Source: Lingula anatina
Lineage: Eukaryota; Animalia; Brachiopoda
NCBI GenBank assembly: GCA_051362555.1
Contig: CM120644.1
Location: 6,332,954-6,396,953, forward strand
Reading direction: 5' to 3'
Length of the DNA stretch: 64,000 nt
Under the pieces are notes generated by a model that was not told the DNA's origin, did not search any database, and was given only the letters and a program-made list of their open reading frames with translations. The position numbers and the translations under genes are program-made. This document shows, in pieces, positions 1-14,271 of this stretch. The first letter of the stretch is position 1. The number at the start of each line of letters is the position of its first letter.

Positions 1-3000
1 CCCGCACCCGCTTTCTCCGCTTAGCACCAGTGGTTCCACCGAACTTCCCATGATATACTGGTGGATTTTCTCTACAGTCTCTTCACGTCCCTGGAACACT
101 TTACAAAATGTCTCACAGGCGTGAAGATGCTGCAATACGTCACTATACACGCTATCGCTAGTCAACTGCTCGTGTCTATCCATCGCCTGGTCTACGAGCC
201 GTATGATGTCATTGAAATAGTGCTCGCAGAACTCTTTTAAATATTCCGCGTGAGCCTCTTTGTCAATTCCTTCCTTTCCGCTCCATTCAACCTCAAATCT
301 CGCGATATTTGAAGCCGGAAGTTTCTTTGGAATCTTTTCGTCCCGGAGAGCGTTCAGGTATTTCTGAGCCTCGTTGTCGACGCTTCTGGCGGCAATGTCA
401 ACAAATTTTGAAGCAAATCGGAGAAGAGCTATGTTCACATTTTTGATATTGCGGATATATGCCAGGCAGTGTTCTTCTACATTTTCAGCCAATAAAAGGC
501 CGTGCTGTATCTCTCGCTCTGTCACTGAAATAACAATAAATATGAGTGAAAATATCAAGGTTCTAACACATAAATTAGGCAAAAAATATCCAGAAAAACA
601 TAATCATTTACACCTCAAATAACTAAAAAACCTTCCAACACATCCATAGGGCCTCGGGTATCGATAAGTGGGCCTAAGTTGACCCCCGACATAGGTACCA
701 CATACGGATATACCCCAAAATACTAAGGTTTGGGTTCACCCAACAACAGTGCCACGTGGGTAGGACTTTGGCCTCACGTAGACCTAGGAATAACCACGCA
801 TCACGGGGAAACCTTTACCACGCCCAACTGAGAGCCATAGATAGGTCCAGAAAAGCCAAACCTTCACGTAGAGGTCCAAAGTGCATGTGGGTAATGACGT
901 GTAGCACAGGTCATGTTCTAATAGCATGGGACGACTAAGCGTCGCTAATCGCCATCTCTCAAGCCGTAGGACGAATGGGAAAAAAAGCAACTTAAGAACT
1001 GGAAGTGCAAATGAACACAAAACCAGTAAAGCGTGTCATACGAACCGGTGTAATGACTATCAACACGCTAAATCCTTTTAGTCTTATCAAAGATGCGTAC
1101 CCGAAATGCACAAGCTCTATAAGACAACTGACAGATAAAAGGTATGGTCTGTTGAAAAATTGCTTCAACTGTTGTATGTGATCACTGGCCCTTTCAATAG
1201 GCGAAAGCGTGTTTCTTGTAAACTGAATCATCTCCAGTTTAGACACTCGTGCACTTGGTCCAACATATCTCTAGAAACGGACATTCCCATGTAAATGGAT
1301 TATGGATTCTTATACAAGCCAACAGCGTAATAAATGCTTTCCTCGGTGTAAGCTGGTCTACGTAAAAAGGTTCCTACAAGAGATTGCGTGTTGAATAAAC
1401 TGTTCATTTAGTCTTACGCGAGTCTTGGAAAACCGGATGCTTCCCATTGAAGACACGCCCCGGCGTTTAGTGGTTTGATAAAGTTCTTGGTAATTACCGT
1501 GATTAACAATTTGTTGTTCCTAGCAACACAGAGATTGGGTTAAAATGCACAGAAGTTGTCCATGCGGATAAGGCATAGTTGAGCGCAAACGGATTTCTCG
1601 GAAAATAAGTTTTGACTGATTTTTTTTTTTTTTTGCAGATTTCTGTGACGTTGATAAATTAAGATTCCATAGAACTCATAAGCTACACTGTACTTAATGT
1701 AAAAATCGACAGGAAATTTTCGTTTTATGAAAGGCAAATACTGATGTGACGTATTCAAATTATTCCGAAAACGTACTTATTAGTTTTTTGTAAGAGGCAT
1801 TCGTATAAATCATCAACTCAGGGCACTTATCCTTGAAGTAAATTAATTAAGGTGTTGATATCCATTGGTACAAAAAATGGTAAGACAACGACTGTTTTTA
1901 ATAATTACACTTACTTCAAAACAATGAAAAGCTACACTGGGAACGGCTGCGTAGGACTATACCATTTTTATAAAAACGATCTTGTACCTTTCGTCTATAT
2001 CAAACATAAACCAATAAACGTTACTAAATATTTAGATTCCGACAATCAACAACTTCAGAAGATGAGGCATCTTCCTAAATCTGGAAATCTGGCATCTTCC
2101 TAAATTTTTTTTGTGTGTGTAAAGGAAGAATACAGAGATATATCAAAAATGTAATAAATAAAGTATAGGGACGCAAAATTATAGATTTTGTCATGTTTCG
2201 AATGTTATACTGTTTTGAGAAGGGGAAAGGGGCCAAGGTGGGGGAGGGGGGGCATGCCTTATTGTGACCTGGGCCCACCACTGTATAAACATATCGCTTT
2301 TGGCTATCTCCATTTTCTGATAACGAGATTTTTATGTAAATCTGTTCTTGGTTTTAGGGGGTTGGTGTCTTGTTTTTCATTCAAAGAGGTCTAGCTACCT
2401 GACATAAAATAGTTGTGCATCTGCTCCTTGTTGAGTTTCTTGGTAATGAACATCACTTGCGCCGCCTTTCGGAGCATTCTCTGCAGCTTGCCCATGGTCT
2501 CCCACCACGTGTTCTGATCTGCCTCCTGGAGCCGCTGGTGGCGCTACAAGCAAGTCAAGACAAACTAGATTAATGAGAAGCACAAGAACAATCTAAATGA
2601 ATATTTAAAAAATTAATGTCGTAAAAATACTCGATATTCTAGCCCATACACGCCAGCAGTGCAAAATGTTTAAATGCATTTATTATCCATTGACTTCCAT
2701 ATTTTGTTTCCGTTCTTTTATTTTGATAGACAACAAAGACCTTCTTTTTCTTGGTACAAATAGAGAAGCATGCCAAAAACAACTTCAGTTTTTGTATCAT
2801 GTTCAGGCTAGGCCTTAAGTGTCAGACTTGTGCACATTTTTGTAAACATGTTTAACATTTCTTTTTAAAATCCGATATGGCAATTTTATCCATACTTATT
2901 GGTCTCACCTTGTTATTGAAATTTGTAAGGATCGAGCTGATTGGTTGTAGAATGTACACTGGTGGAACAGCATTGTCGTCACGTTTGTACCAGAGGTCAA

Positions 3001-6000
3001 TGAGATCCAGGTCACTGGGGACGTTTTTGATACACTCTCGCAGTTTCTCGAATTCTGACGCGAGGATTGTCGTTGGTATAGGTCGGTAGCCATACTTCTG
3101 CCCAAGTAACACCTAAATGAATTGATTGGAGAAAGAAGACGACTGTTATTAGTTTCGGTAGTTTGAGATTCATTTTGCTCATTGAATAAAATCATCAGAC
3201 ATGGAACATTTCATCAGCATTTGGGCAATTAACCCACCAGTAACATTAGATTAGATTATATATCTCATTAATAAAGTGTATGCGTATGCAGCACAGTGTG
3301 AACGTTGCTATGAAGCAGAATAATTTTTTTAATCTCTTAACCCTAGTTTACATGTACTTTTGTGAACACCGTGTATCAAAATAAGAACGTGTGTGCAGAT
3401 AGCAGCAGCAGCTGGGGTCGGGAGAGCCCGGTTCTGTCAGCGAGTTTGTTTTCATACTTAGAATATCTGTTCTGTGCTATACATTGTTTATCTGGCGCAA
3501 CTAGGACTCTATTCCCAGAGATCAGATCAATCCAACTAGATCGACCTAACTCCCTGGGGGTTCACTCTAAATAGCTTTCAGCCGAGCGGGCACGAAAGTT
3601 AATTACCCCCTTACAGCTTGTAGTAGGCGGGACGGACATTTAAGCCGGATTATCTGACGGTAATCTAGTGAGACTCCCCATGGGGACAGATCGATCTAAA
3701 ATCTATGGGAATACGCCCTAGGACATAGGTAGCGCAGTACACATTTAGGTAAAATTCCTGCAGAAAATTCCTTGCACTCTGTGCATGCATTCACAAATAC
3801 ATTCTTTAATCCCCGTTTTCATTTTATTTTATTTTTTATTTTCAATTTTATTTTATTTATTGATTTTTTCTTTAGTTTTGGGTGATATGCTAACACTTAC
3901 CACCAGAATTTAGTTCTACATGCATTACGTTTCGATTGACAAACACTTCCTAAAAACTTATTCGTTCACTCTTGGTCAATACTAAAAACAGCAGCACGAC
4001 CAACCAAATCTGAAACAGGAAATGAATTCGCCGTGTCTGCTGTGTCCTATAAATCTCGTTCTCTTTCACACTAAAGCGCCACAGGGCAAAACTTTCATAA
4101 ATCACACTTTAATCAATAATGCAACGATCTTAGTTTAAATTAATTCACAGACTTGATGAATTTCGCCTCGCAGACAAAGCTAAAGCAATGGTGCAATTTC
4201 TCATTAACTTAGATTTAATTAACCGGTAAGTAATTCCGTACATTTTGTGTTGCATTAGACTAAGGGAACTCGGCGGGAATTCCATTGGGAGACCAAAAGG
4301 GTCAAGTTCACTTGCACTCTGAAATCTCAGAAGACAGTTTATACTATTATCAAGAATCCCGATGTAAATTAGATAGTAAGTGCGCCGTTTACTTGGCTTT
4401 GTTACTAAATAATTAACCCAGGAACTTCCTCTGCTTTGAAATTTCAGTTACTTGTATGGTGCCCTGAACTTCAGGCCAAGTGGGCACTGCCAGAATGTTG
4501 GCCTCCGTGTATCCAATGGATGTGCAGCTGTACTGGTAAAATACAGCTGTGCCTTACAGCGCTTAGTTCAAATGGCGGAATGCCCCAAGCACGATGAGTG
4601 TAGCATGTACCGGTACATACAAGGTTTTGGGAGGTATGATACTCGCTTTTTTGCAGAAGAGTAGTATGCATTTTTACAATTGGTCGCTTGCAAGTTTATA
4701 CGTTGTTTGTTGCACCGAACACAACTGGTGCATTATTTCATCACGTATGAGTTCGCGTATGGAGGCCAAACGAACACGTCAAAGTCATTTTTTCCGCTTC
4801 TTTAAATGAATTTCTAGAACTACCCACTCCATCTGTATATTGTTTGAAGTTCTTTAATCAAAACTGAGGTACGGGTATGATAATTGTCAATGACGGCATG
4901 AACTTACCACGAAGTTTGGCCCCATTGATAATCTCTGGCAGTTGCTAATCTCCTGCATACAGAGATCGGTGGTCATGTGATCATCTGTAGCCTCGTCTCG
5001 GACACCCCAGCGCATGTCCACAACCTGGAAAATAAGACAAGAATTGTCAGTGGTCAGATATGCGTCAAGGGAATTGGCTTAAGAGACACGTTGAGTCGGT
5101 GTGACGCGAGATAAAGTCCCCCATGACATAGACTTCGTTACCCATTCATTTTTACAGGTAAGCATTGCCCTACATTTTGCCCCACTAGGCTCAGGCTAAC
5201 CTTAACCATTATAATCATATGGAGGGCGGAGTTTCTGTTACACTGATTCTGAGTTTTGTTACACCGGTGTCACGTGCACGGTCCGTTCTGCGTGAACCGT
5301 CCGCCTAACAGCCACTGTGGAATGGAAAGCGCACCAGCTTTAACACATTTGAACGTTTTTTAATGATTCCCTCCTCTTAGGGGCTTGCTAAAAATAAAAA
5401 ATTCCCCTTGTGCTCTTGAACATCATAGGTTATACCAAACTAAACCACAGCTCAAAACAAGGTCATAGTAAAAAAGGGAATCTATCTAGGAACGCTCCGT
5501 GTCGGCTTCTCAAACAAGGTCTCGTGAACGTCAACTATTTCTACGTTCAATGGTAAGACGATGTTCGAGGACTGGCGTTGTGCTCGATGAAATGCATTTT
5601 TTTACGGCTCAAAGGCTATCGACTGTAATAACGGACATTTACATGTGCATCCAAACTGGCCCTCTTCATGACAAGGTAGAAAGTTTGCATTTGATCAGCA
5701 GCTTCCCAACGAAGCATCCGCAGCTCCGCGGTAACTTCGCTGACTTGGATGCAGGTAATCGCTCCTACCCGGGTTCGAATTCCAGTTTGTCCGGCGCTCC
5801 CGGCAAATTACCTTTTGCAAAAAAAGCCGGTATAGTTTAGCACGAGTGAGCGATTTGACAACATTTTGCTGTTCGTTATCATAAAGTCTGCCTCATCAAT
5901 AACACTTCCTTACTCTTCATTTAAAGGTTCTTAAAATGATGCTTTGGCGAGGATGGTCACTGATTTCTATCCTTTACCAGCTACACAACAGATCAAACTT

Positions 6001-9000
6001 ATATATTCGCTAAACCGGCATTGCGCCAAGTACGTCATACTGCTCTTTCATCAGCAAGATAACTTTTTATTATTATTATTATTTTGAAAGTCACGTCACC
6101 GCTATTGCTTTACCCAATCTTACATTTTGTTAGTTTTTTAATACCCTCCCCTCCTCTTGGGTCTTGGTTCTCAAGACTGTTTGTATTGTCTTACAGTACC
6201 CGGGGCAACTCCACAATGGCCATTAGAAGTGGAAAGACTACTCAAAACCAAAACTGCCAAAACGTGAACCGCTTTAGCTCTCGTTGTGCTCTATAACTTC
6301 ACAGGTGAAGTCAGACGTAATCTCATTGAAAACCAAAATGAAAATAAAAGCATCTAAAATAATCTGACTCAGTACGTTCCGGGCAGTTTTATCAGTAAAA
6401 GCGACCAAAATTGATTTGATTCGGCAGCTTTCCCGCTAAAACACCACGTTATACCGCTTGTTAACGGCGTTCGTGAAAAGCGCACTAATTTTAACACATT
6501 TGAACGTATTTTAATGATTCCCTCCTATTAGGGGCTTGCTAAAACTAAAATCGTCACCCTGTGTTCTTTAACATCATAGGTTATACCAAACTAAATCTCA
6601 GCTCAAAACAAAGTCATAGTAAAAAAGGGAAGCTATCTAGGAACGCTCCGTGTCTGCTTCTCAAACAAGGTCTCGTGAACATAATCTATTTCAACGTTCA
6701 ATGATAAGACGATGTTCGGGGACTGTCGTTGTGCGGGATGAAATACATTTTTTACGGCTCAAAGGCTATCAAGTGTAATTACGGACATTTACATGTGCAT
6801 CCAAACTGGCCCGCTTCATGACACGGTAGAAAGTTTGCATTTGATCAGCAGCTTCCCAACGAAGCATCCGCGGCTCCGCGGTAACTTCGCTGACTTGGAT
6901 GCAGCTCGTCGCTCCTACCAGGGTTCGAGTTCCAGAACGTCCAGCGTGACTTTTGTTGCGGGAAATCATTTCTAAATCTTTTCTTTGGTTACTATAAGAG
7001 GAAACTCGTACCTACGGAGGGTGGGCGGGTCACTCACGGCGCAATCGGTAGCGTGCACAGCTGTTAAAAAACATCCAAACACATCATCTACCATGGTAAC
7101 GAGTCACGAGTAGTCACGAGTTCGAATCCCGGATGAGGCCTGTCACCAACCCAAAGATACGAGTTGGCCACGTGATTAGGAAGGCGCGAAAACGATTGCA
7201 GGCTCTCGTGGGTCCCGGCAAATTACCTTTTGCAAAAAAAGCCGATATAGTTTAGCACGAGTGAGCGATTTGACAACAACATTTTGTTGGTCGTTATCAT
7301 AAAGTCTGCCTCGTCAATAACACTTCCTTACTCTTCATTTAAAGGTTCTTTAAATGACGCTTAGGTGTGGATGGTCACTGATTTCTGTTCTTTACCAGCT
7401 ACACAACAGATCAAACTTGAATATACGCTAAACCGGGATTGCGCCAAGTACGTAATACTACCCTTTTATCTGAGAATTTTGTCTTCACGGTGGGATTATC
7501 AGCAAGTCACTTTTTTCGAAAGTCACGTCATCGCTCTTGTTCACCCGATCTTACATTTTGTTAATTTTTTCAATACCCTCCACTCCCCTCGGGCCTCGAT
7601 TCTCAAGACTGTTGGCATTGTCTTACAATACCCGGGGCAACCCCACAATGGCCATTAGAAGTGACAAAGACTACTCAAAACCAAAACTGCCAAAGCGTGA
7701 ACCGCTTTAGCTCTGGTTGTGCTCTATAACTTCACAGGTGAAGTCAGACGTAATCTCATTGTAAACCAAAATGAAAATAAAAGCATCTGAAATCATCTGA
7801 CTCATTACGTTCCGGACAGTTTTATCAGTAAAAGCGACCAAAACTGATTTGATTCGGCAGCTTTCCCGCTATAGCACCAGGTCATACCGCTTGTTAACGG
7901 CGTTCGTAAAAAGCGCACCAGCTTTAACACATATGAACGTTTTTTAATGTTTCCCTCCTCTTAGGGGCTTGCTAAAACTAAAATCGTCCCCTTGTGCTCT
8001 TTAACATCATATGGCGTGGTGCAGGATGAGATACATTTTTTACGGCTCAAAGGCTATCGACTTTAATTACAGACCTTTACATGTGCATCCAAACTGGCCC
8101 TCTTCATGACAATAACTAAATGGAGGGTTTGCTTTCTGTTACACAGACCTTCAGTTTTGTTACACCCATTATAGGAAGAAATTTTAGCCCAAAAGTTAGT
8201 GAAAACTTAAATACCAAAATTCTTATCTTGCCTGACTCAACATTTATTGATAGTTTTGAAGTTAAATGAAATATGGATGCTGTTTTATAAAAGAATGTCC
8301 CGGGACAACACTTACTTTCTCTATAATAAAATTAAATTACTTTGACTGAATAAGACCAAATTTTAATCTTTAAGTAATGAACATATTCCGAGCTAAAGTT
8401 ATATTTAGTGAAATAAGCCCAAGGAGAGTTATATTTCACTTGTGTGACAAGCCTCAACGTGTATAATGTAACAGCACTTTCTGACACGTTACTTCAATAC
8501 ATCTTTTAAAACCACTTTGCTGGGACGCCGATATGTCTCAGGATCAGTCGACCGTGCCCAAACACAGAGAATCACTTTTCAGATTGTCAGGTTTTAGATC
8601 GCCATCCACGGAATTACCTTTATCATGAAAACGCCAAACTGTCCTTTGTCATGTCTGTGTGTTGTTGAATGGTCCGCAAATCAGGCGCATAGAAAATAAA
8701 TCGCGCTTCAAGTTGGCGTACCAAACAACAGCCACGGTTTTTGTCGCGCTTGGCACGTTTTTGGGATTTGTAGCTGCAGTAAGCACGACCGTCCAATAAC
8801 TACTTCGAACGTAAATAACCTAGTGCTTTGTTAATATATTTAAGGTCAACGGTAATCACCACTAGCTATCAAACCTTTTGTTGAAATCGGATCAATTTAT
8901 AGGCTACTACTCACCTTTCTTTGGCAAAAACTAATTGCAAAAATTCAACTGTATGGAGGTACATACAATCCGAGCATCGGCGGAGCGTGGATTCCCAGTA

Positions 9001-12000
9001 ACACATGTAAACCACTTCTACTACTTTCTTATACGACTCAAATAAATTCGACATGGCAAGGGATAAACTGAATAGATCACTCGATCAGCCGTAAAAGAGC
9101 TTTTGACTGCTCCTTTCTTTAAATTTTTGGTCGAAAATTTAACCTACTTTCGTGACCAACTTTTCTGCCCCATTGACATACAGCATAGAATGCTAGCAGA
9201 AAAATCCGTTCAACATCATTTTCGGGTAAAATTAAACAATGCCTTTTGATAATTCTCTTACTTATACTACTTGAAACTATATGCTGGCATTTGGTTGGTT
9301 TTTGAGACAAAAAATTGACTTTATATGCATCTTTAAGTTAACTCAGTGCATTGCCGTTTCTGTTTGGGAATGTAATGCAAGATTAAGAAAAGGAAAAAAA
9401 GGAATTAGGTCATACGCACGTAAGACGACACAAGGACAATGGATACAACTGTTTGTCTCCAGTGTTGTCTATCTGCCCTCGTTTATATTAGATAATCACA
9501 CTTCTAGTGAATACTCAAAATGTCAGGCCTGCAACCAGCAAATTCAAATCACTATTTTTATCAAAAAGTAGCTTATGAAGTAAAATCTGGAAATTTTGAC
9601 TTCAACAATGTAGTGTTATACGTTTCTGCAACCAAATTGCCTGACAAATAAAGAGAGTTTTTTAAAGGAAACGCTTTACTCATCTCTCTGTCAGTATTTT
9701 GGATTGAAATTTCTCTGTTACTCCTGAGAAAAAATCTGGCGCTGTATGTCATTGTTTTATCATTTCTCCGTTTTATAATTTGTTCTAGGTCACTCTAAAA
9801 TGTTTTTAATAAACGAGGTGTCATGGTTTGCTTTTTGAATAATATCAATTCAGCAGATCGTTCAGAAGGCAATTTTAGAAAGTGCATAAGTTATCCGGTA
9901 CATTTCATCTATTGGCACGTAACCTTTTGGAACTATTTCATGATTTTTAATTACACTTCAATTAACGACCTCATCGACTCCTTCAAATAAATGAATAACA
10001 GTTTTAAGCGCTTATTAGTATGATTGCGGTGCCTGTATGCAGATTGAGACCGGCCCATGAATATGTTACCTCTGTGCATGAAATGTGATAAGATTTTAAA
10101 GCAACTTTTGAAACAATTCTTTAAAAGTTACACAGTGTAGGTAACCATGTATAGTTCTCTCTCTCTCTTTCCCTCTCTTTCTCTTTCTCTCTTTCTCTCT
10201 CTCTCTCTCTTTTCTGCTGCTGTTGCTGCCGTTCGTGAAATTTCATAATTAAATCTAAATTACACTACATCGCTCTTCATTGAACCCACACGCTTTCAGA
10301 TGTCGTTTCCTAAGCGAAAATAATTATCTTAAATACATAACGCGTCATGAAATGCACGGACTCTGAAATTAGCCCCTAGATACTCAATGGAACCCACGCC
10401 ATTACGTATAACATGCCTGGGTCGTTAGAATATCACAGAATACAGAAAAATTATAACGATAGATTGCGACGATTTAAAACCGATTTGGCAAGGAACAATT
10501 GTTTCAGATGGCAAGGACAAACATTGCACTGCGTTTTGACGTGCGCTTTGCATTCTAAATTCGATATGCTTGCGTCAGCGTTTACGAGTTTGATTGAGTA
10601 AGATTTTACGGGACGATTGACGGCGTGACATTCATCTGCTGTCGATTTTACTACTACGCTAAAAAAGGGAAATAACCAGAGATGTTTTACATCAATTTCG
10701 CACGCGTATTTTGACACATTTACATTCAGGAATGATGCCATTAAACGTATGGTTCCCCATCCATTAAAACACAGAATTTAGCGCCCGGCCAACACGCTAT
10801 GTAAACGTTCACACGCGGTCAACATTAACCTGTTATGTGTCCCTTTGCTAGCTGGTCTTGTCTACATGCACCACGGATATGTGGGTCATAATCACGGCTG
10901 TTTTTGCGCCAATATAGGACTGTTAGATGAGTAACGCTTGGATTCCAGAGGAGGGTCAGAGGACCCCTTATTAGACCCATGGGGAACCCCCGCCACGCCC
11001 ACACCCAAACAAGGCCACGCCAATATATAACCACGGCCACGCCCCTAGTCGGACCCGGGGCCCATTTCACAAAAAATGATTAAGCTGAGTTAAAGTTCTT
11101 TGTCTAAAATGCATTACTTATAATTTTCTAGTTATTTTGTGAAACAGGTCCCATGCCCCCTGTGACTTTGAGCGTAATGGACAAAAAAAAAAAAAAAAAT
11201 TACACAGCGCCCCCCCTCCCCCCAATTGAAAATTTTCCGTGAAAATGCAAAACATTGTCATGTTGTGACCTGTTATTTTCACCTTTGTGCTCTGATGCAT
11301 TACACGCAGTAGAAAACGCACCAATACTAAACACAAAGGAAATACCGATGATTTACTACAACATCTTGGCAATTAAGTCGTGGTCAAACAAGGTTAATCG
11401 TGTTATCATAATGTCAACGTATGGAGAAGGTTACTTGCACTAACATCTCTGGCATACTGTAGGTATTGGTTTTTAACCAAGTTCAGCTACTTATATAGCG
11501 ATTATGATTTGTGATTTGGTTTTTAAATAGCGTTCACATTACAGTTAGGTCCGCCCTCTATGCGCGACTTCTTTCTGAAGGCCGTCTGGTTACACTATGT
11601 ACTTAGGCAGTCTTAAATGTCACCACACACAAGCACACATTAAAAAAAATTCAGCCTGAATTTAAAAGGTACAGATAAATTTCAGTAGGCTTCAGTTGGC
11701 TTCTTTGCGAGGTGTCCTTTTAGGTGTGTCCACGTTGCCAGGACGCAAACTGACCATCACTATATTTATTGACCACTGCCGGACAACTTCTAATATTGCG
11801 TTATCGGGGGAGATTCGTAAACATTTAGATAATGCAACAAAAGGTTGGCCTGTTCACTGATATAAAGCATAGAAATGGGGAGATATTAATGGGTAGCGTA
11901 AGCTACAAAATGTGCACCGGTTTGTGAAAGTTTGACGGCACTGCAAACGGTTTCGTTAATTACGGCTATAGAAAAGAGCACAGTTATTAATTAGTCTATG

Positions 12001-13050
12001 ACAAGCTAAAGGGTTCTTGAATACTGATGTGCTGAGAGAAGGCAATAAAAAAGGAGATTGATTTAGGCCCGTTAGGAGCTGCAGTGGGGTACTCAATCGT
12101 TCTGTCAGACAGTTAACTGAGTTCAGATCATTCCCTAGTCTTTGGTAGAGAATATGTTTCTGAGGGGAGAGAGGTTAATTTCCGAACTAGCAAAGCACTC
12201 AGAGAGCGCAGATCTCCGCCAAGGCAGCAAAGTCTCCACCCAATGCCGTTTCACACCTAAATTTTCATTCTGTAATGATTTAGTTTTTTATTTTTGATTA
12301 TTGATTGATAAATGATCCGGATCACCACCAAAATCTAATCATCTGTTCCTTGGCCCACTTCTGACAGTTCCAGAAAATTTCATCAAAATCCGTCCATAAC
12401 TTAATTTTTTGATAATTGATTATTGATTGCTTATTGATCCTGATCACCATCAAAAACTAATCACCTGTTTCTTGGCCCACTTCTGACAGTTTCTGAAAAT
12501 TTCATCAAAATCGGTCCATAACTTTTTCTGTAAACTAACAGACAGACAAACAGAAAGATAGACAGACAAACTAACTAACGGAACCAAAATCATAACCTCC
12601 TAGGCGGAGGTAATAAAGTTTTTTTTTTTTTTTTTTTTTGGCGTGCACCAATGAATCTCAGCTGGCAGAAAATACCACAGTTACCAAGAATATGATGTCA
12701 ACTTGTGTGTGAAATCATAATTAAAGATACCAAAAATAATCATCTTCAAAAGAATACCTGAAGAACCGGACATGGCCTCAAAAAGAAGCTACGTAATAGG
12801 GCGAACCGTATCTGTGTGTTTCATTAAATTCGGAGTTAATCTAGAGATAGCATTTATCGCCAACAAAGAACCGAGGACGTATCATATACATGATTCCAAA
12901 ACAGATTAAAGGATCAGCTCAAAGTCGTGTCAGAATAAACAAATAGCATTCTTGGTTTGTCTTCTTGTCCTGTGCGTCGGTGAAATGTACGCCGCATGTG
13001 AAATGACATAGAGAAAGGACTCTTTTAATCTCAAATAAAATGATGAGAAA

Positions 13051-13092
<42 letters not shown>

Positions 13093-14231
13093 GTGATGAA
13101 AAAATTTATTATTAAGGCTTAACTTGTACGCATGTATCTTAAATTTTTATGTTGTTTGATCTTGATCTTACTCTTGAACATGCTGTAAGATAAAGGTGTA
13201 AAGTTCCTGTATCATTATAAGACAATAGAATGAGGGCGATAGGGAAGATAAAATTTGTATTTACCATAGTTTTAACCTTAATAAATAATTAAATTTTATT
13301 AGGCCATTACTACTTAGTAAAGAAAAGAAAAGATATAAAAATTGATAAAAAGCTATACAAATTTATGCATGGAACCCTTTTACGGTGAGCGTGGATGGCA
13401 ACTTAAAATTCAAAATTTGGTCTGGGAGGCAAGTTCCGTCCCGATTCAGTGCTTTCAAAAGGTGAATATGAATTCTACTTGGCATATGGGATTTAAGAAT
13501 GATACTGACACCATTACCAAATTCTTTACGGACATTTTATCTATCTCCTTTGACCTTAACGGAATGTATCGAAAACGCAATCTGGTGTCAACGATTCACC
13601 CGCTGTGCCTTTAACAATAATTCAATGCAATTTAAGAGCTATCATTATTAGCCCTGCATGGCCTTTTTTTATCCTAGCTACTTTTTTTATAACACTTGTA
13701 CCTTAAATTCGATAAGAAAAAAATATGGTAAGCCATCGTTCAAACTTTACCCTGTCATGAAGCTACAAAAATAAACGTCCTGAAATCTCGAGCATGTGAA
13801 CGCGTTCTAGTGAATGTTGAATCTCCACATAGAATAATTCAAATTCTGTCGCGCAGAATCAATAATTTTACTTCTTCAAACATTTGCATATTTGTCTAAC
13901 GCATTGATTAGACTAGAGGCGAGGAGAACGAATAGGTCACGTGATGTCTTAAATAGTCCGCCGAGAAATATAGATTCCGAGACTTGTATTGAACTAGGAA
14001 TGGAGAGACCGTGAGGACGTATTGATCGCCCAGGGAGCTCGTATTTAGATTCTTACTTCAAAGAAGTAAGAGAAAAGTCTGGTTTATTGGGGTTAGGCTC
14101 GTGTCAGACTTTGCTTCCTGAATTATTGTAGCATTACGCCTACCGTTTTGTAGTTTTCAGAATTTGCACTGATTGCGATACCAAAGAATGATCAGAAGTT
14201 ATCTGGCTCTTGGCCAGCTCGAGGAGAGAGG

Positions 14232-14271
<40 letters not shown>

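Larger units (their letters stand above)
5268..8164. mobile_element. Larger Ginger-like composite element abutting the short one, with internal long tandem repeats
   Basis: Starts TGTCACG right after CCGG. Its right end (8121-8165) matches the right end of the short element (5220-5264) at 35/45 ungapped positions. The right flank is CCCA rather than CCGG, so the TSD is imperfect. Confidence 0.45.

Noticed and set aside
640-935. GC-richer patch with recurring CCACG/CACGT motifs, superficially like a repeat-spacer array
   Set aside because: No constant repeat or spacing; the context is eukaryotic with no cas genes. Probably a decayed minisatellite or TE fragment; no CRISPR call.
7029-7140. Functional intron-containing tRNA-Asn gene
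   Set aside because: The anticodon stem has no 3' partner and the acceptor and T stems pair poorly; kept only as a tRNA-derived module.
8170-9190. Possible TE remnant (AT-rich flanks, GC-richer core)
   Set aside because: No convincing TIR pair, TSD or coding remnant could be defined by eye.
10985-11050. CCACGCC motifs plus CCAAT and TATATAA resembling an intronic antisense promoter
   Set aside because: Motif order is not promoter-like, no downstream exon was found, and it abuts a MITE.
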